Assembly: GCA_963766075.1 (NCBI GenBank)
Contig: CAVYAN010000093.1
Location: forward strand, 1 to 54,797
Source: an uncultured cyanobacterium
Lineage (GTDB): Bacteria; Cyanobacteriota; Cyanobacteriia; Leptolyngbyales; Leptolyngbyaceae
Length of the DNA: 54,797 bases
Direction: 5' to 3'
The translations under genes were made by a program, and so were the position numbers. The notes under the pieces were generated by a model. It had not been told where the DNA came from. It searched no databases and was given only the letters and a program-made list of their open reading frames with translations. Below, piece after piece: positions 51,032-54,797 of the stretch (position 1 is the first letter of the stretch; every line of letters starts with the position of its first letter).

Positions 51032-53110
51032 CTAGAAGCTAGTAGCAGCAGGAGTCTGTGCCTGGGTCAGGGGCACTGCTGGGCCAGAAGATGATGGAAC
51101 ACTCGCCGGAACAGTAGTAGGTGTCGTCACAGTAGGTGTCGTCACAGTAGGTGTCGTCACAGGGGTAGTTGTGACAGGGGTAGTTGTGACAGGGGTAGTT
51201 GTGACAGGGGTTATTACTGCAGGTGCTGCGACGGCTGCAGGTGTCGTTACTACAGGCGTCGTTACTACAGGCGTTGCTACTACAGGCGTTGCTACTACAG
51301 GCGTTGCTACTACAGGCGTTGTTACTACGGGGGTGGTTGTGACGGGAGTTGTCGTCACGGGGGTGGTTGTGACGGGGGTGGTTGTGACAGGAATGGATTG
51401 GACCGTTGCTGCAGGGGCTGCTGTCGGTGTAACCACCACAGATGGACTAACTACTGGACTGGCAACCACTGGCGTGGATTGGCTCGGCGTTAGGACCGTA
51501 GGCTGCACTGCGGGAGTCACGGTGGAGACGGTAGGCGTTACTGTTGACACGGTAGGAACAACAGGAGTGGTGACAGTTATTGCAGAACTGGCTGGAACAG
51601 TTGTGGTCGGGGCTGTGTAGCTAGAACTGGCTGGATTGACGCCCGATGCTGACGTGGGCGTGATGCTGGGCAGGGTCGGTGCTAAAGCTGCCGCAGGAGT
51701 AACAGGCACAGTTGCCGATGGCGACACCGATGCGGATACAGATGGCGTTGGTGGCAATACTGCCCCTGCGGGCGTTGTCGTAGTTACAGTCGAAACCGTG
51801 GGTGTGACTATAGTGCTGCTAGGGGTATTGGTGGGGGTAGTTGGCGTACCGGATGGCGTTGGAGTTTGGTGTTGACTCGAAGCCAATATCTCTGAGGCCG
51901 GTGCCGGTCCTGGTGCTGTGACTGCGGCATTGGCGGCAGTTGTGGAGCGAGCGCTAGCTGCAACTACTCCGGATGCTGCAACTTGGGAACCAACTTGACT
52001 TTGTTGTCCCGCCCCAAGGTCCGAGCTGGTGCTTCCCGAAACCACTCCGGACACTGGACCTTGCGCAGTAGTACCTTGATTTTGTCCTACCACTTCGGTG
52101 CCCGAATTGGCGTTTCCTGAAACTACTCCGGTAGTTGCAGATGAAGAAGCGGGCTTAGCATTCCCGCCCATACCGCTGACGTCTGAAGAGGAGCCTGCGA
52201 TCGCTCCAGGGATTACTTTTAGGGGCTTCCCAGCTGCATCAACGCTAATGACAGCAGGCGGCAAATTAATGGGTGATGCGCCAATTAATCCAGGTGTGGC
52301 GGGGGCGATCGGCTGCGCCGCGAGATCACTTGGAAAAGCATTTTCCGCTAACGTCTGCGGCATTTTAAGGCTACTCGGAGTCTCAATGACACCCTCACCG
52401 CGAACAGGCGCCTGATTTTTCAGGGCATCTGACGTTTCCTCGCGGACGCCATCTAGGGCAGGATCAGCGCCTACAGAGGCATTGGGCTGAGTCAACTGCA
52501 ACCCTTCCACCAGAGTGCTGGTTTCATAGAACGTCTTCAGATCAAAGGTCTGGACACTCACCAGCTGATCGTTAACTACGGTTGCCATCTCCCCCGGCTG
52601 CAAGACGCGGCTCTGGGTATGGTCATGATTCGATATTTCAATTTGGCTCTGAGTCAAGGCTCCAAAAAACGATGTATTGGTTGCCTGGTTATAGCGGACA
52701 AAGAGTGCAGAGCCTTTAATTCCCGCCGCCGCATTTGGCGTTTTCATGCGGGTTACACCTTGACCCCGAGGAATTAGAAGAAGAACCGTACCATTCCTGA
52801 GATCAAAGGTGCGCGTGTTGGGCGTAAAGTGGAAAAGGGCCTGTTCGCCAATGCGCGCTAGAGACTGGTCATTAAACCGCAGTTCTGCCAGCGATGAGCG
52901 CGCCGTGGCTAGGGCATCTCCCGGACGCAAGATGTCCCGAATACGAGCGGCGCGAGGCTGTTGGTTACTCGGCATGAGCCGAACCTGTTTCCGCAGGTTT
53001 TGGACAACAGCACTGGTTAGTGGGGTTTGGGCACTAGCTGAACTGGAACACAGGACGGCCTCAGTACTTGCTAGAGCAAATATAAAGGTTAACAGGAATC
53101 TATAGGACAT
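51032..53110 (-). CDS. Exported FecR-domain protein with a long Thr/Pro/Val-rich tail
   Basis: Signal peptide; GDALAT...AELRFNDQSLARIGE...KTPNAAAGIKGS FecR-like motif; repeated VTTTP/VATPV pentapeptides. Confidence 0.85.
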   Translation of the reverse strand: MSYRFLLTFIFALASTEAVLCSSSASAQTPLTSAVVQNLRKQVRLMPSNQQPRAARIRDILRPGDALATARSSLAELRFNDQSLARIGEQALFHFTPNTRTFDLRNGTVLLLIPRGQGVTRMKTPNAAAGIKGSALFVRYNQATNTSFFGALTQSQIEISNHDHTQSRVLQPGEMATVVNDQLVSVQTFDLKTFYETSTLVEGLQLTQPNASVGADPALDGVREETSDALKNQAPVRGEGVIETPSSLKMPQTLAENAFPSDLAAQPIAPATPGLIGASPINLPPAVISVDAAGKPLKVIPGAIAGSSSDVSGMGGNAKPASSSATTGVVSGNANSGTEVVGQNQGTTAQGPVSGVVSGSTSSDLGAGQQSQVGSQVAASGVVAASARSTTAANAAVTAPGPAPASEILASSQHQTPTPSGTPTTPTNTPSSTIVTPTVSTVTTTTPAGAVLPPTPSVSASVSPSATVPVTPAAALAPTLPSITPTSASGVNPASSSYTAPTTTVPASSAITVTTPVVPTVSTVTPTVSTVTPAVQPTVLTPSQSTPVVASPVVSPSVVVTPTAAPAATVQSIPVTTTPVTTTPVTTTPVTTTPVVTTPVVATPVVATPVVATPVVTTPVVTTPAAVAAPAVITPVTTTPVTTTPVTTTPVTTPTVTTPTVTTPTTVPASVPSSSGPAVPLTQAQTPAATSF
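51115..51390. repeat. Coding tandem repeats (15- and 18-bp units) in the FecR protein tail
   Basis: ggggtagttgtgaca, ggcgttgctactaca and gtaggtgtcgtcaca arrays. Confidence 0.85.
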
Positions 53111-53704
53111 ACTGGCTCCGCAAGTTACATTCCGCTTCACTAACTCAGGTAATCATTACCGAAATATCAGAACCTGTACATCCTGGTCATGGCTGATATC
53201 TCTAAGTATTATTTCCGAACATTGCTCAAGATTTCGCTGCACTCTACGTAGATCCCCTGTATACCCTATATAAACATCAAAAACCAGGCTTAAGCAAGGG
53301 GTGTAAACAATTGATCATGACTTTTCCCTTACTTTTCCCACGCCAAAATTGCCCAGTGGAGTGATCAATGCCCTTTATGATCGTCATAATTGGTTTTTGC
53401 CTGCCCCCCAAGGTTCAGGTTAAACCCTGGTGCTTGCTGCTGGAATACCCCGCACGGGGAGTATCGGATGATGCGCATTCCAGATTTAATCAAGACAACC
53501 TGGGATGCAGGGCTTGGATGCAGGGGATTCATGTCTATTTTTAAGTGGATGAGTGTTGAACCAGCGTTTGGCGGGGATGCAGTACGGCTACCCTAGAATG
53601 AAAAAGTGCTTTTTTACCTGGGATCGTGGCACCTAAATTTGAGTAAATTTGCGGGTCGAGTTTTGCAAAAAATTACTTTTCCTTCTCTATCTGTTTGGCA
53701 GCCT

Positions 53705-54797
53705 ATGGGCGTGAGTCTGCGTGTATTGCAGGCCGGTTTACTGTTGGGTGGGTATGGGTACAGTGATCCGGCTTGGGCTTCGACTCCGACAGTGGCGGCA
53801 GCCCGGGTACACACCATCAACCCAGCGGAAGATCAGCACGTTGATGTCAATCACGTCGGTGTCAATATTGACGCGATCGCCCCTCAATCCGCTATTGTCG
53901 TGTCTGCTCAGTCTTCCTGGCCTTCCCTGCCTATCCACTGTCATCGCGCCGCAGATTTAGGCCCTGTGGATGGTTTGCAACTTGAACGGCTCCCTGCTGA
54001 TGTGTTATGGGTCGCAGATGCGGCCATCATGGCTGGAGCCACTAGGCCACCAAATCTGTCAGACATGGCCCCACCCAACGCCAGCGATCCAGAGCTAGGC
54101 GTGCTGCGAATCCAACCCCAACCTGCGCCATCACCATCTGCGCCCTTTCAGTTAGAGCCTTTTCAACCTGCGCCTTTTCAGCCTGAGCCCTTCCAACCTG
54201 CGCCCTTTCAGCCGACGCCGTCACAACTTGCACCACTACAACTCACCCCATCAGAATCGGCTCCTTTTCAATCACTTCCCCTTCAATCGGCTCCTCTGCA
54301 ATTAGCACCTTTGCCACTGACTCCGTCACAGCCACAGTCCACACCACAGTCCACGTCCTCACAACCCACGCCATCAGAATCCGCGCCATCAGAATCCGCG
54401 CCCACACAGCCCCCGCCCGTAGAATCTGCGCCCGTAGCCACTCCCGCCCCTATCCCTGCGCCCACTCCGTTGCCTGCCACGGTGCAACCGCCGCCGATGT
54501 CTGGCAGTGCCCAGACTGATTGCGATCGCGAACTGGGTTGTCTGCGGCTCAAACCGGCTCCACCTCCGTCCGTTCCCGTTGCCAAAGCGCCGATTGCTTA
54601 CTTCCTGGGCCAGGTAGACTATTACCGCAGTAGCAATATCTTTGCCGGAATTGATCCCGTGAATGATGGATTTGTCCGTCCCGGTGCAACGTTGTTGCTG
54701 GTGCCTCCTTTAGGCCCCGATACGTTCTTGGTGGCCTCGGTGGACGGCAGCCTATTCCGCTACAACAACGAGACCGTCAATAATGAGCAATACGTGG
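53705..54797 (+). CDS. Exported protein with Pro-rich linker and probable beta-barrel start, truncated at the window end (not in ORF track)
   Basis: Open frame from ATG 53705: signal-like MGVSLRVLQAGLLLGG...PAWA, PFQP repeats, two DxELGxLR motifs, then AYFLGQVDYYRSSNIF...TFLVASVDGSLFRY strands. Confidence 0.75.
   Translation, partial: MGVSLRVLQAGLLLGGYGYSDPAWASTPTVAAARVHTINPAEDQHVDVNHVGVNIDAIAPQSAIVVSAQSSWPSLPIHCHRAADLGPVDGLQLERLPADVLWVADAAIMAGATRPPNLSDMAPPNASDPELGVLRIQPQPAPSPSAPFQLEPFQPAPFQPEPFQPAPFQPTPSQLAPLQLTPSESAPFQSLPLQSAPLQLAPLPLTPSQPQSTPQSTSSQPTPSESAPSESAPTQPPPVESAPVATPAPIPAPTPLPATVQPPPMSGSAQTDCDRELGCLRLKPAPPPSVPVAKAPIAYFLGQVDYYRSSNIFAGIDPVNDGFVRPGATLLLVPPLGPDTFLVASVDGSLFRYNNETVNNEQYV

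Overview
A cyanobacterial chromosomal window (dense HIP1 octamers GCGATCGC; curT, cyanobacterial hfq, fraCDE), most likely from a filamentous strain. It holds about 43 CDSs. Housekeeping and envelope genes include ftsX, fraCDE, dapF, hfq, a Kef-type antiporter, codA, cutA, malQ, a 4Fe-4S-type cysH, gloB, gyrB and miaA. A PatA-CheW-MCP-CheA-CheW phototaxis cluster encodes a soluble receptor with five GAF domains, two of them insert-Cys cyanobacteriochromes; no stand-alone CheY is present. A more accessory stretch (33.8-43.5 kb) carries Uma2, a pseudokinase-WD40, a split SPFH/flotillin gene, NUDIX, VOC and DUF362 genes. The best candidate for an undescribed system is a two-gene pair at 39751-40782: a 73-aa membrane microprotein and a membrane-anchored collagen that share an alignable RHIM-like motif (IQVG/VQVG) just before their transmembrane helices. 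Three ORFs are broken by single-base frameshifts (SPFH, miaA, and a small secreted protein at a G7 tract), which may be sequence errors. No tRNA, rRNA or CRISPR array was recognised. All family assignments come from motif recognition by eye, not from database searches.
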